Shown here in pieces: positions 25,811 through 41,865 of a stretch of 64,000 nt of DNA. Numbering within the stretch: position 1 is the stretch's first letter; every line of letters begins with the position of its first letter. A program made the position numbers and the translations under genes. Below the pieces are notes generated by a model. That model was not told the DNA's origin. It made no database searches and saw only the letters and a list, made by a program, of their open reading frames with translations. This stretch comes from Eledone cirrhosa (taxonomy: Eukaryota): positions 62,001 to 126,000 of the forward strand of contig CAXHJY010001444.1 of the NCBI GenBank assembly GCA_964016885.1, read 5' to 3'.

Positions 25811-27265
25811 AACCTACAACTGTAACTAAGATATACACATATGATCATCTGTAGAAGGATAATTATATTCCATTCATCCATTCGGCCGTGGAGCCTTAAA
25901 TCCCGATGGAGTCGTAAAGACATGGTTTTGGGAATTTAAGCTTGGCAGAGCTCATTCAATTCCGTGTCTAAAGAAAAACAATTTCTTCCAGAGAGAGAGG
26001 TGAGGGGGGGGGGGGGGGGGGTGAAAGAGAGAGAGAAATAGAGGGTGAGAGAAAGAATTTTGACACAAGCAATCCGAAGGCTTAAACTCATGCAGACTCG
26101 TAATGTATACCGCAATGCAAACTATCCGAACTTCTAAGGAATCAGCTAATTCACCGCCTTAGCAATCATCATATTAACGTTCGTTCAGAAAATATTTTAA
26201 TAAAAGCGATAATTTAGAAATAACGCGAACTCTAATTATTTACACTGGCATAGTAAGCAAATTGGTTAACTGCAAACTTTTATTACAGTAAACTATAGAA
26301 TACTAAAGTGAAACAAAATTTACCAGTCACACCTATGTAAGTTTGGATGGCCTCCTATGACGTTGTATCTCATATGTTTCGCGTGTTTTAATGATAGATC
26401 ACCCGGCCCTACAACAACTAGATATAAAGCATCTTGCTAAATACCGAAACGCGCCGCGCCAGGAATGGAAGCCATCGCCTTGTGACCGTCGGTTTCATAC
26501 CCTAACTACTACACCACTCGCCAAATAAACTTTAGACTGGTAGTTAGGTAATCTTTTTAACTTGAGGCTACACATTTTCAGTAATGTTAATTTGAAATTT
26601 TCTCTTACGCTTAACAGACCAAAATACTCATTTTATAGCAATTATATATAATTTAATATAGATACATGCTAAAATAGCTTGCGAATTCTATCTCCAACTC
26701 CACATGAAACATAGAGGGGAAATATATTATCAAGTCAATAAAGTATTGGAATACTAGCAGCTTTCTATTTACTGAGAATCTGTGACAACTATCTCTGTCT
26801 TATGTTATGAGTTCAAAATATTGCGACTGAAAAAGAAAGTGTGTAAAGTTTTTCACCGCTCTTTCATAATTCATTACCTGAAATATAGGATCAAATCAAA
26901 ATGACGACTGATTTATTGTTAAGCGAAAGTGATAATATTGAATTATTCCATTGGGCGGAAAACATAAAACCCATTTAATGTCTGCAGAAAAATGAAAGGA
27001 AAAATTGTCCCAAGTTTAATCTCATATAAGGCATCTGAAATATTCTAAAACTGTTGTCTACATCCTCCAGAATGTCACCAACATTTGCAAATCGTCATAT
27101 GTCTATTAACCTGTTTCATTCGTATGACCTGTTTCATTCGTATGGAAACATCAGTGGAATGCATTGGAGTAGAGCTTTCCTTCATTACATATATAATAAC
27201 TTACAACATAAGATGGATTGTATATCTGTAACTCAATAGTTCAGGCTAGTAACCTTGTGTCAGGC

Positions 27266-27327
<62 letters not shown>

Positions 27328-27470
27328 CATGGAATGTAGAGAAGTGACACACGAGTTGATATATATATAAACAAATAGTAAAAAGGAAAAAATACAGTAA
27401 AAAATGCTAGAGGGAATTTTTCAGTATAACATCGAAACATTTATTTATAAAGTAGGAAGTTCCGCATTTA

Positions 27471-27510
27471 ATCGTGTACCGGTTTCAGCTTTATATACTT
27501 TTTCAACGAC
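27471..27510 (-). ncRNA. Hammerhead-like motif (UUGAAAA core)
   Basis: gtcg TTGAAAA agtatataaagct GAAA ccgg TA cacgat. Stem I is imperfect. Confidence 0.45.
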
Positions 27511-27721
27511 GGAAGTGTATGCAGTTAAATTGCATATTTATACGAATAATAATAAAATGGAGAAAAAATGTTTTTAGTTTTTACATACATATTTAGAGAG
27601 GAAAGTTCATATTTTTGTCCGTAGTTGTATTAGTGTTGACCAACAGAGGTAGTAGCAGTATAAATTGTTGGTTTCGACTGTTGGCTTCTCTGCTACGGGT
27701 ATGAAATCGATCTACATTCTC

Positions 27722-27790
<69 letters not shown>

Positions 27791-27959
27791 TGTATTTTAA
27801 TTATGTCTCATATAAAATAATACAACTGGCTATCCGCAAAATACGTATAGTTAGCACCCCAAACGTATAATTGGGATTATACTAAGGTATATCCTAATGT
27901 TTGTTGAGTGAGACGGAAGCCGGTCGGAGTATTGCTTAAAGCTTTCTCTGTTAATGTAT

Positions 27960-28033
<74 letters not shown>

Positions 28034-28619
28034 AATTAAAATACTAGAGTGTGTTGGAGTTAAACACCCTCTTCATATTATAGAAATGACATAAGATATA
28101 GCTCAATGTAATTAAACGGAGCCGAAGAATTATAATAATAATATATATATATATATATACATATATATATACACATATATACACATACAGTTGTGGTGTG
28201 GAAAAAATAAAAGAGCAATCACCAAAATTTTATATTAACATTTCAACTATATATATATGTATTTATCAACTCAGTACAATCATTTTAATACCAGCTTGTT
28301 TTGTGATACAAAACCACCAATTTTCAAGTGTTCTGATTTGAATATGTAATGCTTTCTCTCAACTTAAAATTAACAAACAAATAAAGCCTTTTGCGATCTG
28401 TCTTTCTGATGTCATTCTTTGATAACCTTTCGTTTGGAAATCTGCTTATTAATCATCAAAAGTGCACGTAGTGCAAATTTATGTTAAGCGCTTTGCGATC
28501 TGTGTCCATGATGTTGTTCTTTGATTACGTTTCGTTTGATAATCCTAGCTGAGATTCCTCAATATCCCGGGGAGCGTAGGACAGAGTAGCTTATCTGCAC
28601 TACATACTTCATTTAATCC

Positions 28620-30400
28620 TTTGGTAATCGTATTTCTTATAAAACACATTCTATTTCGCTTAAAAGTCCTCAAACATTCCTTCTAGCGGGTCCTATCAGA
28701 AGCAACATCTCCAAATTGATCCGGCTGGATCCAACAATATTGCTCGGAGACTACCGCTGGGTTTCCTGCTGATTGGTGTTGCCCATAAGATCTGTCCAAT
28801 GATTCTTTCCTGAGACATTCAAAACACATGTCCATAATATTGGAGCTGTGATCTCTCAATTTGGAGAAGCAGCGTCTCTATTTAGAACAAATCTCTGATC
28901 TCCGAGCTACGCACTTAATAGAGTAACGTTACTCCAAAGACGCTTCAAAGAAACACCATTTCGGCTTAAATTCGCCACCGTATTCTTTCGGTTATTACCA
29001 AAGATTAATGACCATACGTAAGGGAAAACACGAATACCGACTTGATGATTGTGAGTCTAGCTTTTACACCTACCACCCTTCTTCTGTATAACGAATGCTG
29101 ATGCTGGCGCATTACTGCACTATCTCCTGCAATTATTGCACTTAATTCAGTCTCCTGCCTGATATCACTCGTGAACATGGCCCCGAAATACCTGGAGTTC
29201 TTCACCTGCTTCAGTGGAACTCCATTCACTTGTAGAGTGCACTACGCAGGCTTCTTTGAGAGGATGAGTGTCTCAGTCTTCGTAGTGCTAATTTGCATTC
29301 CAGCCGTGCAGCACTTGGCAACAAACCTATCAAGTGCATGTCGGAGAAAACGTTCGGTGGTGTTATGAACTACCATGTCGTCTGCAAATTCCAGCCGACT
29401 GATCTTATACCCGCCAGTCATGACACCACTTCCAACCCGGCTGAGCATGTCAATCCTGTTCATGAAGATCGTGAACAAGAGAGGGGACAGTGCGCACATT
29501 TGGAGAAGTCCGACGCCTACATTGAAAGGTTTTGATTTGGCCACATTTATATACAAATACTCAGGCATTATTAAGGAGATATTAGGGCAACAAGAAACTA
29601 TCCATTGATCCCATACTTCTGCAGAATCTTTCACATCAGTTCCCGTGGAACGTGGTCGTATGCCTTTTCAATGTCTACAAAGCAGGAATACACTTTTTGG
29701 CAGTAATCTCACAATTTCTCAAAGACCTACCGCAGTGTGAATATTTTGCGGCTGTGCTGCGTCCGGGGCGAAATTCCCACTCGTCATCAATTATTTTGGT
29801 GTCCACAATCTACCTACGTCTCGTTGACAGACACTTAGCATAAGCTTTACCGATAATGCTTAACAAGGAAATCCCTCTATAATTGGAGCAATCACTCTTG
29901 TTCATTTTTGAAAATTGGGATTATCAATCCCGATTGCCATTGCTTAGGTGCCTTTCCAGAGATTCAGGCCACCCAGAATACACGAGTTAGCCAGAAAATA
30001 ACTTCTTTATTTAAGGCTTTTAACATCTCCGGCTAAAGTTTATCCTTCCTTTTGGCCTTGCCACATTTGATCGCTTTAATTGTTCTTGTGACCTCAGCCA
30101 CTCATGTACATCAGAAGATGCTGTTGTGGTCGGGCTTTGGCGATCAGTAATTTATTTTCTCCACATTGCGAGGATGCACCTCTCCAAAGAGAGGAGAACC
30201 CAATACGCGTTACTGATAGCAGATATGGACGAGGAAGAATACTTTATTTTCTGATGTGAAGTCGGATTCCAGCTAACTCCAAAGTCTTCCCATGTCTTAA
30301 CTTTGCAAGCTTTTACTGTCTCTGCTGCGACTTTTCGCGCCTGGTTGTATCTCAAGTGCAAGAAGGAGGACTTATTTCCAAGCCACGCCATGTAGATATC
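28620..30400 (-). mobile_element. Degenerate RTE-clade LINE (second family)
   Basis: KSKPFNVGVGLLQMCALSPLLFTIFMNRI..EFADDMV..ISTTKTE; LKQVKNSRYFG..LTYGH. Confidence 0.85.
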
Positions 30401-30913
30401 GTTCTTTGTTCGATGGTATATTTTCTTATATAAAATTATATTGGAAGATTTTAGTCTAATGGGACCAGAATCGGTTTTGGCCGGGTTAGTATCATAACAC
30501 ATTTGTTTCTGATTCAATAATCCTTAAGTGTGCTTGTAATGTTTTCCTTTCGATTTATTTTCGTTTTTAAAATAAAAAAATCCAGCATACTGAGTCATCG
30601 AACCACCTCTTTACTAATACTTAGAGTACATCTACTCTTGACATCGTCTGGGGTAAAGCATTCGAAATTTTGTTTGCTGGGACCAAGTGGTAACATCCAC
30701 CTGATGTTTTGCAAAGGACATGAGCTTGTAGTGTTGGCATTGGCGATATTTTTTTATTAACTATATATATGGGTATGGATGTTTGTATGTATAAAAACAA
30801 CAGGGTTGAGCCGCTGATGTGATTGTTAGTGAATGGCTTATATCAAAGTTTACTAAACCTTTCCTGGGGAATAACTCACTCTTTTAAAGAATATATCTCA
30901 TGAACTTTACCCT

Positions 30914-31013
<100 letters not shown>

Positions 31014-31274
31014 TAAAATTGATAAAATATGATACATTAAAAATTTAATTAAAATTTCAATTAATTTAATACAAGCATTTATTGAATAATTAGCACATAC
31101 TATTTTGTATACTTTGCCCCTTACGTCTCTCCACCATTCTTTTCCTTCAAACGACCCCTTAACCTTTCCAGCACCCCTCTAAATACCCGGTAGCATTTCC
31201 TGTTGTGCGGTAGCACTCTAAGAAGTTTATATAATTGTCAGTCACGTATCATGATATTGACATTATGATTAGAA

Positions 31275-31320
<46 letters not shown>

Positions 31321-31323
31321 GTG

Positions 31324-31395
<72 letters not shown>

Positions 31396-31399
31396 GGTC

Positions 31400-31706
31400 C
31401 TCCGTCTTACTCGATTACGTGCGTTCCAGTTGTTCGGACAAAATAGTATGTTCATGAAATCAACGAACGTGCAAGTGGCTGAGTGTTCCATTGGCACGTT
31501 TACCCTTAACCTCTTTCTCGGGGAAATACAACGTGATACATTATGACCCTTTCATTCATGGGTACAATTCATTCTTTTCCAGTTAAGTCGACTAGAACAG
31601 TGTGAAAGAAAGTATTTCGTTAAAGGACACAAAGTGCCGCTGTCAATCAGGTCCCCTCCTTACAAGGATGAACAGAATGCCCTAAACACTAAGCCATGCT
31701 CCTTCA
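31400..31706 (-). mobile_element. SINE family B
   Basis: Similar to 25495-25810. Confidence 0.6.
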
Positions 31707-33510
31707 TGGTTAAAAATATGACAGTATGTGTCATCATCCATATGCTGATGGGACATTTTTTATGAGATATACAATACAGAAAAGGTAGTAGACTTTCCGA
31801 ATTCTGCACTGATAAAATAAATAGCATTAGAGAAATATTCTTAATATAATCGCTTACTTGTGAGGTAGTAGAGTCATTTGTGCATATGTTCTAGTTCTCT
31901 ACGCTCTGAGTTCAAATCTCACCGAGATCAACTTCGTTTTTAATCCTTTCGGGGTCGATAAAGTACCTGTCTAGGGGCGATGAATTGGTGGAATTTATTT
32001 AAGAGTCGATATTTACAGCAGCCTGCTATTTCTGAAAACGCCATAACACTCCTCGAAGTTTTGCGACAGGCAGATAATATCAGCAATAGAAACCCAGTTT
32101 CTTTGGTCCGATTCGACAATCAGCTTCTCCCTACTTTTTTTTTATAATCGATTTTCCCATCCCCAAATCTTCAGTGTAGGGGCCAATTCAGAAATGTTAA
32201 TATCTGACATCTATTTCTTAAACCTTAGAGGGATAAGATTAACATTTGACATCAACAAGATTTGAACACAGCAATGACAAAACCAAAAAAACGTTAGAAT
32301 ATTCACATAATTAAGCAAGTACTTCCACCACTCTTATCCTTCAACTACAACCGGTGCTTAATTATTTAGCACAGTGGCTAGTCCTATAATGTATGCCCAT
32401 TTCCAATTGTGCGCCTAATTTTCTCAAATAAAATATTTAAAACTTACTGTTAGGCAAGTTGACACACCTAGTTTTTCACACTTCTTGTTCGGCCAACAGT
32501 AAGAACATTGCTAAGCCTCCGTTTTCTACTTCATAATTCCATAATCACTCATGCTGCATCATGTTACAGGGTAAAACACTATATGACCGTTTCCACCGAT
32601 TCGGATATTTCTACAACGCTACTCGCCAAAATATTTAATGATTTATTTATCGTCTTAGGAAATTATTGTGTATTTAATTTAATTATACTCATTTCTATAA
32701 AACTGTGATCCTTTAAGGTTCGTTAATCTGTCTCCGTGTAGTGTGTGCCCTAGGTAGCCAAGTTAGCCTTAATGGTATCGCCGGCTCTGTATGTTTAATG
32801 TACACATATGTTTAACCTCATGTTTGCTATATCTTTCATATAATGCTTTACAACATGTTTACAGGGAATTCTTCTTTGGACAGCTTTTCTGTTCTCTCCT
32901 GGTCATATATAAATTCTAGATAAATTCGTTTTGTTGTAAAATAGGCAACCAAGCATAAATCGCTTTAATGGTTAATGAACGATAATTTAAAATATCAGTC
33001 ATGTACTGGGGTTGATATAATCGTTTATAATCCTTCCTTCCTCTACTCAACTATTATTTAAATGTGACATTCTGCCAAAGTCTGAAAAATGGGGCCTAGT
33101 TAACATAATCGTAGCGCCAGCCCTGCCTGCAACCTATATTAAAATATGTAACACTCTATATTTAGTTAAAGATAAATTCAATCCTATGCTGATTGTAGAA
33201 CACAAAGAAAAATTAGTTTTCTAGATCATCAATGTTTTTTTTAACAAAACCTATGACCTTTAAATAAATACGCATCATTAGCTACAATATAGAATATATC
33301 GATTTTAATTGTAGAATATGGAGTTTAAAATGCCACGTTAAAGGAATTCTGAATTATCATTGTATCTCTTTTGACTAGACAAAATATCTGTATATGTTAA
33401 TATATGTTAATATATAAACGCAGCCATTGGTGTGGGGTTAAGGAGTTAGAATTGCAGTTACTTGATTTTGGGTTTAGTCCGCTACGTGGTTATATATATA
33501 TGTATATATA

Positions 33511-33556
<46 letters not shown>

Positions 33557-33624
33557 GCAAAGAAACGATCGTAAAATGATGAATTTTTTTAATATAAGGA
33601 ACTGTTTCTTTGTTTATTCATTAT

Positions 33625-35018
<1,394 letters not shown>

Positions 35019-35119
35019 TGAATTAGTTTTGCGAGGTTTTTGATATGAAATCGTGTGTCGTGAGTGTGTTCTGTTACTAATTCTGGCAATATTACACAAA
35101 TATGACCCTTCCCAAGTAT

Positions 35120-35204
<85 letters not shown>

Positions 35205-35383
35205 ATCTATTTATTTATTTATATCAGTTTGAAGAACAGACAGATAAAATTTACCTAACATTTCTTCTTAGTCCAGAGAAATTAACTAAATCAATAATCA
35301 ATCAGTTGGAGCTAAATTTAAATTATAAGCATGAAGAAAAAATGGGTAAATGTATACTAAATAATTCTTCTAGCCCCGAATGT

Positions 35384-36719
35384 CGAGGGTAATCCCAAAA
35401 GTAAGGTCTCCAAGGCGATGGGGACGCAGAGAAACTGTTCGTATGGCTGTTGGCAACACTGTTGTGATTGGTGCTTCCTTCACTCACAAACAAGCATACT
35501 CGCGCTTCGCTGGGATGCTCAATCTTAGCTTGGCAGCCGTTGAGAATGGAGCTCCCGTTGAACGCTACCGCCAAGTGCGAAGTTCGCGTAGTTATTCGGT
35601 TTTTGAACGCAAAAGGCGTTGAACTGATTGAAATTCATCGCCAATTGACGGAAGTGTATGGACAGTCGTGCATGGATGCACGACTGCAAAAACGTTCGCA
35701 AGTGGTGTAGAGAGTTTACAGCCGGTCTTTCTGAAATTCACGACGAACAAAGGAGCAGGGGACCGTCAATTTCCGACGAGACAGTCGCAAAGGTTGAGGA
35801 AAACATGCGTAAAGATCGGTGGATCACTCTGGATGCTCTCTGCATTTTGGTTCTTGAGGTTTCCCGAAGCTCCACCCACAGGATTTTAACGGAAAAGTTG
35901 CAATATCGGAAGGTGTGCGGAAGATGGGTGCCATGAATGCTGACCGAAGACCACAAACGGCAACGAGTTGATTCTTTCTGCAAATGTTTTCGCGGCTATG
36001 CATACGAAAAGGACAACTTCTTGGACTCGATTGTCACGGGTGACGAAACCTGGGCGTTCCACTTTACAACTGAGACCAAACAACAAACACGCGAGTGGCG
36101 GCATCCCTCTTCGCCCAAGCCGTAAAAATTCAAACAATCACAGTCTGCCGGTAAAGTCATGGCGACTGCGTTTTGGGACCGGAAGGGGGTTTTGTTGGTC
36201 GACTTTATACCTGCTGAGACTAAAATAAATGCTGACAGGTATTGTGAAACACTGAAAAAACTCAGAAGAGCAATTCAGAACCGGAGAAGAGGAATGTTGA
36301 GCAAGGGCGTAATCATTCTCCACGTCAACGCTCGCCCACACGTCGCCCGTCAAACCGTCGCTCTTCTGCAAAACTTTGGTTGGAATATCATCACCCACCC
36401 ACCCTATATTCCGGACTTGGCACCTAGTGACTACCACCTGTTCCCTAAGTTGAAAGAACATTTGGCCGGAAGGCGATTCTGCTCCGACGAAGAGGTGAAA
36501 GATGAGGTTCAACGCTTCCTGGAGGACATGGCGGCGAGCTGGTATGACATGGGCATACAAAAACTGCCACAGCGTCTACAATATTGCATCGACCGAAATG
36601 GCGATTATGTAGAAAAATAAATAATTCTTCAACCTTTAAAATGATGTAAATATTATAGAAAATAAACGGTAGTTTGTATTTCTAAAAAAAAGGAGACCTT
36701 ACTTTTGGGATTGCCCTCG
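35384..36719 (+). mobile_element. Full-length mariner DNA transposon (irritans/Hsmar2-like), inactive
   Basis: 28-bp TIRs cgagggtaatcccaaaagtaaggtctcc (35384-35411) and ggagaccttacttttgggattgccctcg (36692-36719), with TA at the right flank. Confidence 0.95.
35546..36620 (+). pseudogene. Mariner transposase with frameshifts and stops
   Basis: WVP*MLT, IVTGDETW, LHVNARPH (second catalytic D lost), HPPYIPDLAPSDYHLF. Confidence 0.92.
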
Positions 36720-36728
36720 TATATATAT

Positions 36729-37075
36729 ATATCATCATCATCATTTTACATCCGCTTTTCCCTGCTTTCAAGGGTAGGACGGGTCCTATTCAGCACAGCA
36801 TCTCTCTACTTATCACGCTCCTTTGTAATCTCCAGCGTGAGCTTCGGCGATCTGAGGTCTGCTCTCACCACCTCCGCCCATGTTTTCCATGGTCTACCTC
36901 TAGCACATCTACCTCCAACTAGCATTTCTTGGCACTTCTTCACCCATCGGTCATCCTCCATGAGCATCACATGTCCATACCATCGCAGTCTCCTCTCCCG
37001 CACACAACAATTTATCCCTCTCAGACACAGTTTCACTCTCAACACATCCATGCTCGGCCGTTCACGCACATTCAT
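36729..37075 (-). mobile_element. RTE-clade LINE 3' fragment
   Basis: RERRLRWYGHV..RGRPWKTWAEVV, (GAT)n tail, TA flanks. Confidence 0.85.
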
Positions 37076-37081
37076 AAATAC

Positions 37082-37112
<31 letters not shown>

Positions 37113-37115
<3 letters not shown>

Positions 37116-37218
37116 AACAAGTATGACCCCGACCTCGGAGCTCAAGCCGTTTCGACGGCTAATTGGCAAATTAGCCGTCGAAACGGCTTGAGCTCTGCCG
37201 TCGGGGTCATACATGTTC
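37113..37218. repeat. Hairpin made from the 3' tip of the pseudo-LTR seen at 1193-1235
   Basis: gtatgaccccgac..gagctcaagccgtttcgacggctaatt / aattagccgtcgaaacggcttgagctc..gtcggggtcatac. Confidence 0.85.
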
Positions 37219-37298
37219 TTATTACCTACTCTACTACCCTAAGTATTGAGTACTTTGGTGCGTTATGGTCTATCTGGTTCCTTACCACATTTCCTTCG

Positions 37299-37341
<43 letters not shown>

Positions 37342-37489
37342 GGAGGTAAGTTTTATTGTAGTACAATAAAGCAATGCAGATATCGGATAAGAAGCACTCT
37401 ACAGTTTGTAGGACTGGAGTATACATAATATATGTTGATTTAAAACTGCACCATCCACAAGTGTTTTTAACCTTCATATCATGTCTTCC

Positions 37490-37560
37490 TATTTTATCTG
37501 ATGAAAACACAAATGTTATTGCATGATTATATTTGTTTTTGAAATGCGCATAATAAAATA
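37490..37560 (+). ncRNA. Type I hammerhead ribozyme with 8-bp stem I, inside a roughly 270-bp TA-flanked cassette (37335-37600)
   Basis: tattttat CTGATGA aaacacaaat..atttgttttt GAAA tgcgca TA ataaaata. Confidence 0.85.
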
Positions 37561-38085
37561 CATGGAACTCTTTTAACCATCTTTTGATCTTATATATTAT
37601 ATATATATATATATATAGACAGTAATAATAATTACGAAGATCAATCAAAGGACCAGCATTGTTGTACACTGCATCATGCTCAATCTTCCTGAAAAGGACA
37701 CATTTGTTTGTGGGATTTCTAGTCACTTGCAAGATGAATTTACGAACAAATTATATTTTGGAATGAACACATGTAACACGTCATTGAAACCGACGTATGT
37801 CCATTCTTATCAAAATAATGAGTCATATATAATACATATTTCAAAGATATTGATAGAAAGAATTAGATATTAATACTACACTATTGTTTACATGAGAATT
37901 TATGTAATATTTTCAGTTTGTATATGTAGTGATTTCTGTGTGTAAGATAGAGTTTAATCTAGTTTTAAAGCGCAGCCGTATAATTTCTAGATAACATTCT
38001 CCCCCAAGGAATTCTTAGAGGTAGTAAGGTAAACTAACCTTTCGACATGTATATATTACATACATCATACGCAAAACCAGGCATC

Positions 38086-38164
<79 letters not shown>

Positions 38165-38270
38165 GTTTATCTATCTGAGGAATGCGTAGATTTATATAGA
38201 ATTATATAGACAAATATACATAGATTATACATACACTCACACACGCGCACACACACACGCATATATATAT

Positions 38271-38668
38271 AATTGTTTCTACTTTTGGCACAAGGCCAGC
38301 AATTATCCAGTGTATTACTGGTACTTTATTTTATCGACCCCGTAAGGATGAAAGGCAAAGTTAACCTCGGCGGGATTTGAACTCAGACCATAAAGGGCCG
38401 TAACTCTTTGCTGCAAAGCATGGCGCCAGACCCTCTACCGATACTGTCAATCCACACGCATATATATATAATGATGCATATATTTGTATCTATTACAACA
38501 ATAACAACGTTAATAATAATAGCAATATTAACAGCAACAACAACAAAAACAATAATAATAATAATAATAATAATAATAATCGTTTCTACTTTAGGCACAA
38601 GGCCAGCAATTACCCAGTGCGTTACTGGTACTTTATTTTATCGACCCCGTAAGGATAAAAGGCAAAGC
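38271..38668 (-). mobile_element. SINE family A, one near-full and one partial copy
   Basis: Copies at 38271-38455 and 38580-38668. Confidence 0.8.
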
Positions 38669-38679
38669 CAATCTTAATA

Positions 38680-41400
38680 ATAAAGAAAACTGTGAGGGGG
38701 AAAAGGGTGCACAAATTGCACCTAATGCTAAAGAATTTACACAATTTTGGTCAAATCTATGGGGATTTGCAAAAGAACATAACAAAGATGCGAGATGGAT
38801 AAATGAATTTGAGCATAAGTTATCTAACGAACCAAAACAGAGATGGGAAAGAATTTCAAAGGAATATATTCAAGAGCAAGAGGTGGTTGAAAAGATTTCA
38901 AAGTGTTCATTCAAGGCTGGAGAAGTAACTAAATAATTGTATAGCACAAAAGGCTCAAAGCCTGATGGATGAAGAAAAGACAACTTTGTTTATGACGGAT
39001 AAAAGGAAAGGTCGGCTAGTTAGAAATTACTGGCCGATTGCTTACTTGAATTTGTTTTGGAAGCTATTGACTGGCATCTCTGCTGCAAAATTGTATGATT
39101 ACTTGCTTCAGAATGAGATGCTACCTGTCGAACAGTAGGAAACATTTCCATGGAACTAAAACCATCTTTCTGTTGACAAGGCGATCATGAATAACTGCAA
39201 AAGGCGTTTAAAAATGTATGCATGGCTGGGACAGACTTTAAGAGTATCTTTGACATGATCCCGCATTCATATGTACTGAAATGTTTGAGAATGTTTGGGA
39301 TAGCAGACTGTGTTATTAATGCCGTGGTGTCTATCTTGCTTTTGTAGAAGACAAACTTGTATACAGGAAATAAACACCTATGTGTGGCCAATAGAAAAAG
39401 AGGAATATTCAAAGGAGATTCATTCTTACCATTGCTTGTTGTGATTGCAATGATTCCATTATCAATGATCTTATGGGATACAGATATTGGTTATCAGATG
39501 GAAAACAGAAAACCTAAGATCAATCATCTACTTTTCCTGAATGATCTGAAGCTCTTTGGCAGGAATGAATCTTTGGTTTTCTCACTTGTCAAAATTGTCC
39601 ACTGGTGTTGGGGGGACATTGGTTTAGAGTTTGGTATTGCAAGTAAGCCACTCTTACTATTTAGATATATAGGCATGTACATAGTAGTGGGATAGAATTA
39701 CTTGATGTAGAGTCGAGTCGTGACCCTGACGATATTGGGGACAAATATCTGGCTTCACAAATTTCTAAATGTGAAGATGAAAGGAAATGTAAAGGGAGTC
39801 TATCTAAGTAGGTTAGAACTGCTACTAAAAACGAAGTTGAATGGGAAGATCTTGAAAATCGCTATCAATGGCTGGACTGTGTTAGTTATTAGATATAGTG
39901 TGGCTATTTTCAAATGGACACAAGAAGAGATAGAGAAGTTGAATAGGCTAATGAGACAGACAAAACTTGACAATGCACCCAAAGGCAAATGTCATAGGGT
40001 TATGTACACCGCGGAACTGGGAACTATGTGTGAGAAATTGTGTGGCTAACGAATGCATATCTTACGTCCGTGATTCAATTCTACCGAAATCCAGTGTAGG
40101 AGCTGCCATCTTGCGTTACATCTACAAAACAAAACGAGAAAGATATTTTATTTAAAATCATGATATTTTGAGTATCTTCTCCTAAAGGTAACAAACAGCT
40201 CTACCCTTTGGCGATACCCTTAGAGTCAGGAATTTTCAGCACCCCCTCATAAGCTCGTATTTAGATTCATATTACGGTGCCTTGCCAAAAGTAAAGGCCT
40301 AAGCATTGAAAGTAATGAAAATTACAAACAGAGGCTTTGGCTGCGAAACTGAGCACAGGTGAAAGCATGGAACTACGTAGTCAACTCGAAAGAGAAGCGA
40401 AGGAAGTAAAAGTAAGAACTTCATAGTTGGCAAAATATGATCGAAAGAGAAATAAAAAGTTTATTAATAGCTGCTCAAGATCAAGCACTAAACACAAATG
40501 CGAGTACCGGTCTCTCTCTCCGACAGGTTTGCGGTCGTGCCCTTAACAGTGGAGACATCTGGTGTCCTTGGCCCTAGGGCTACCTCCCTACTAACCATCA
40601 TAAGCGCTGAGCTGGCCAGCAACAGTTATGAGCCTCGCAAGATGGAATGGCACTTCCAGCGCATTTCTCTTGCCATCCTCCGGGGAAACGCCTTCTCCAT
40701 TCTGTCCACCGGGGCTGGGGGCGGTCAGCCCGTGGGACCCCATCTGCTATTAATACAGAGATATGGGGAGGGTGAGAGATATGGAGGCGATGACAGTGGG
40801 AGTTCGGCACCTCCCTACATATAGGTACTAGTCATATATGCATTTATATATATACACACATATCTAAATATACATATGTACGTACATACAAGCTATCCCA
40901 TTAAAAATACGTATAACACAGACGAAACAAATCAGTGTGGGTTATGTGTGGAGAACGTGGAAAGTATGACACACAACATGAATGCCTGTAACATGCTTGA
41001 ACAGCGAGACTATAAAAGGCGTCACGATAAAGTATGTTTATACGTCCATTGGTTGCTATGCAAGATACGGGTTTGCAACCACTGAGAAATGGTATCAGCA
41101 CAATCTCCTATCAAATCAGACTGTGAAACACTTGTGGGCCTCGACGATCCAGACAGATAGAATTCTTGAAAATACGAAGTCAGGCATAACTTTGATGAAG
41201 AAAGGTACTGGAAGGAAGGGTTTCTTGATCGACGTAGCTTGCCCAAGAAACCATTACGTCAATGCTAAAGAAAACGAGAAAATAATTAAATATGTAACTT
41301 AAAAATAGATGTCAAGAAAATCTTCAGAAAGATCTTGGCTGAATTGGAACCAGTTCAAGCATTACGACATTGCAAAAACAACACTTTGGGGAACAGCAGT
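38680..41400 (+). mobile_element. Degenerate R4/Dong-like RT-RLE retrotransposon, interrupted by a CRE-like fragment
   Basis: RGIFKGDSFLPLL..INHLLFLNDLKLF, AAQDQALNTN, CGLC..H..NAC..YKRRHDKV..VHWLLC, FLIDVACP. Confidence 0.8.
40501..40860 (+). mobile_element. CRE-clade non-LTR 3' fragment
   Basis: FAVVPLTVETSGVLGPRA..FQRISLAILRGNAFSIL. Confidence 0.75.
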
Positions 41401-41484
41401 GAGGTTATAAAACTTGATATATAAATTAAATGATCCAATGTTAATAATATCATCACTGTGTAAATGAATAATAGCAATAATAAT

Positions 41485-41865
41485 AATTGTTTCTAGTTTT
41501 AGCACAAGGCCAGCAATTATCCCAGTGCGTTACTGGTACTTCATTTTATCGACCTTGTAAGGATGAAAGGCAAAGTTAACCTCGGCGGGATTTGAACTCA
41601 GATCGTAAAGGAGCGTAACTCTGTGCTGCAAAGCATGACGTCCGAACCTCCACCGATACTGCCAACCCACCGCAATAATAATAATTGTTTCTACTTTAGG
41701 CACAAGGCCAGCAATTACCCAGTGCATTACTGGTACTTTATTTTATCGACCCCGTAAGGATGAAAGGCAAAGTCAACCTCGGCGGGATTTGAACTCAGAT
41801 CGTAAAGGGACGTAACTATGCTGGAAAGCATGGCGTCCGACCCTCTACCGATACTGCCAATCCAC
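41485..41865 (-). mobile_element. Two head-to-tail SINE family A copies
   Basis: Copies at 41485-41673 and 41683-41865, joined through (AAT)n. Confidence 0.9.
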
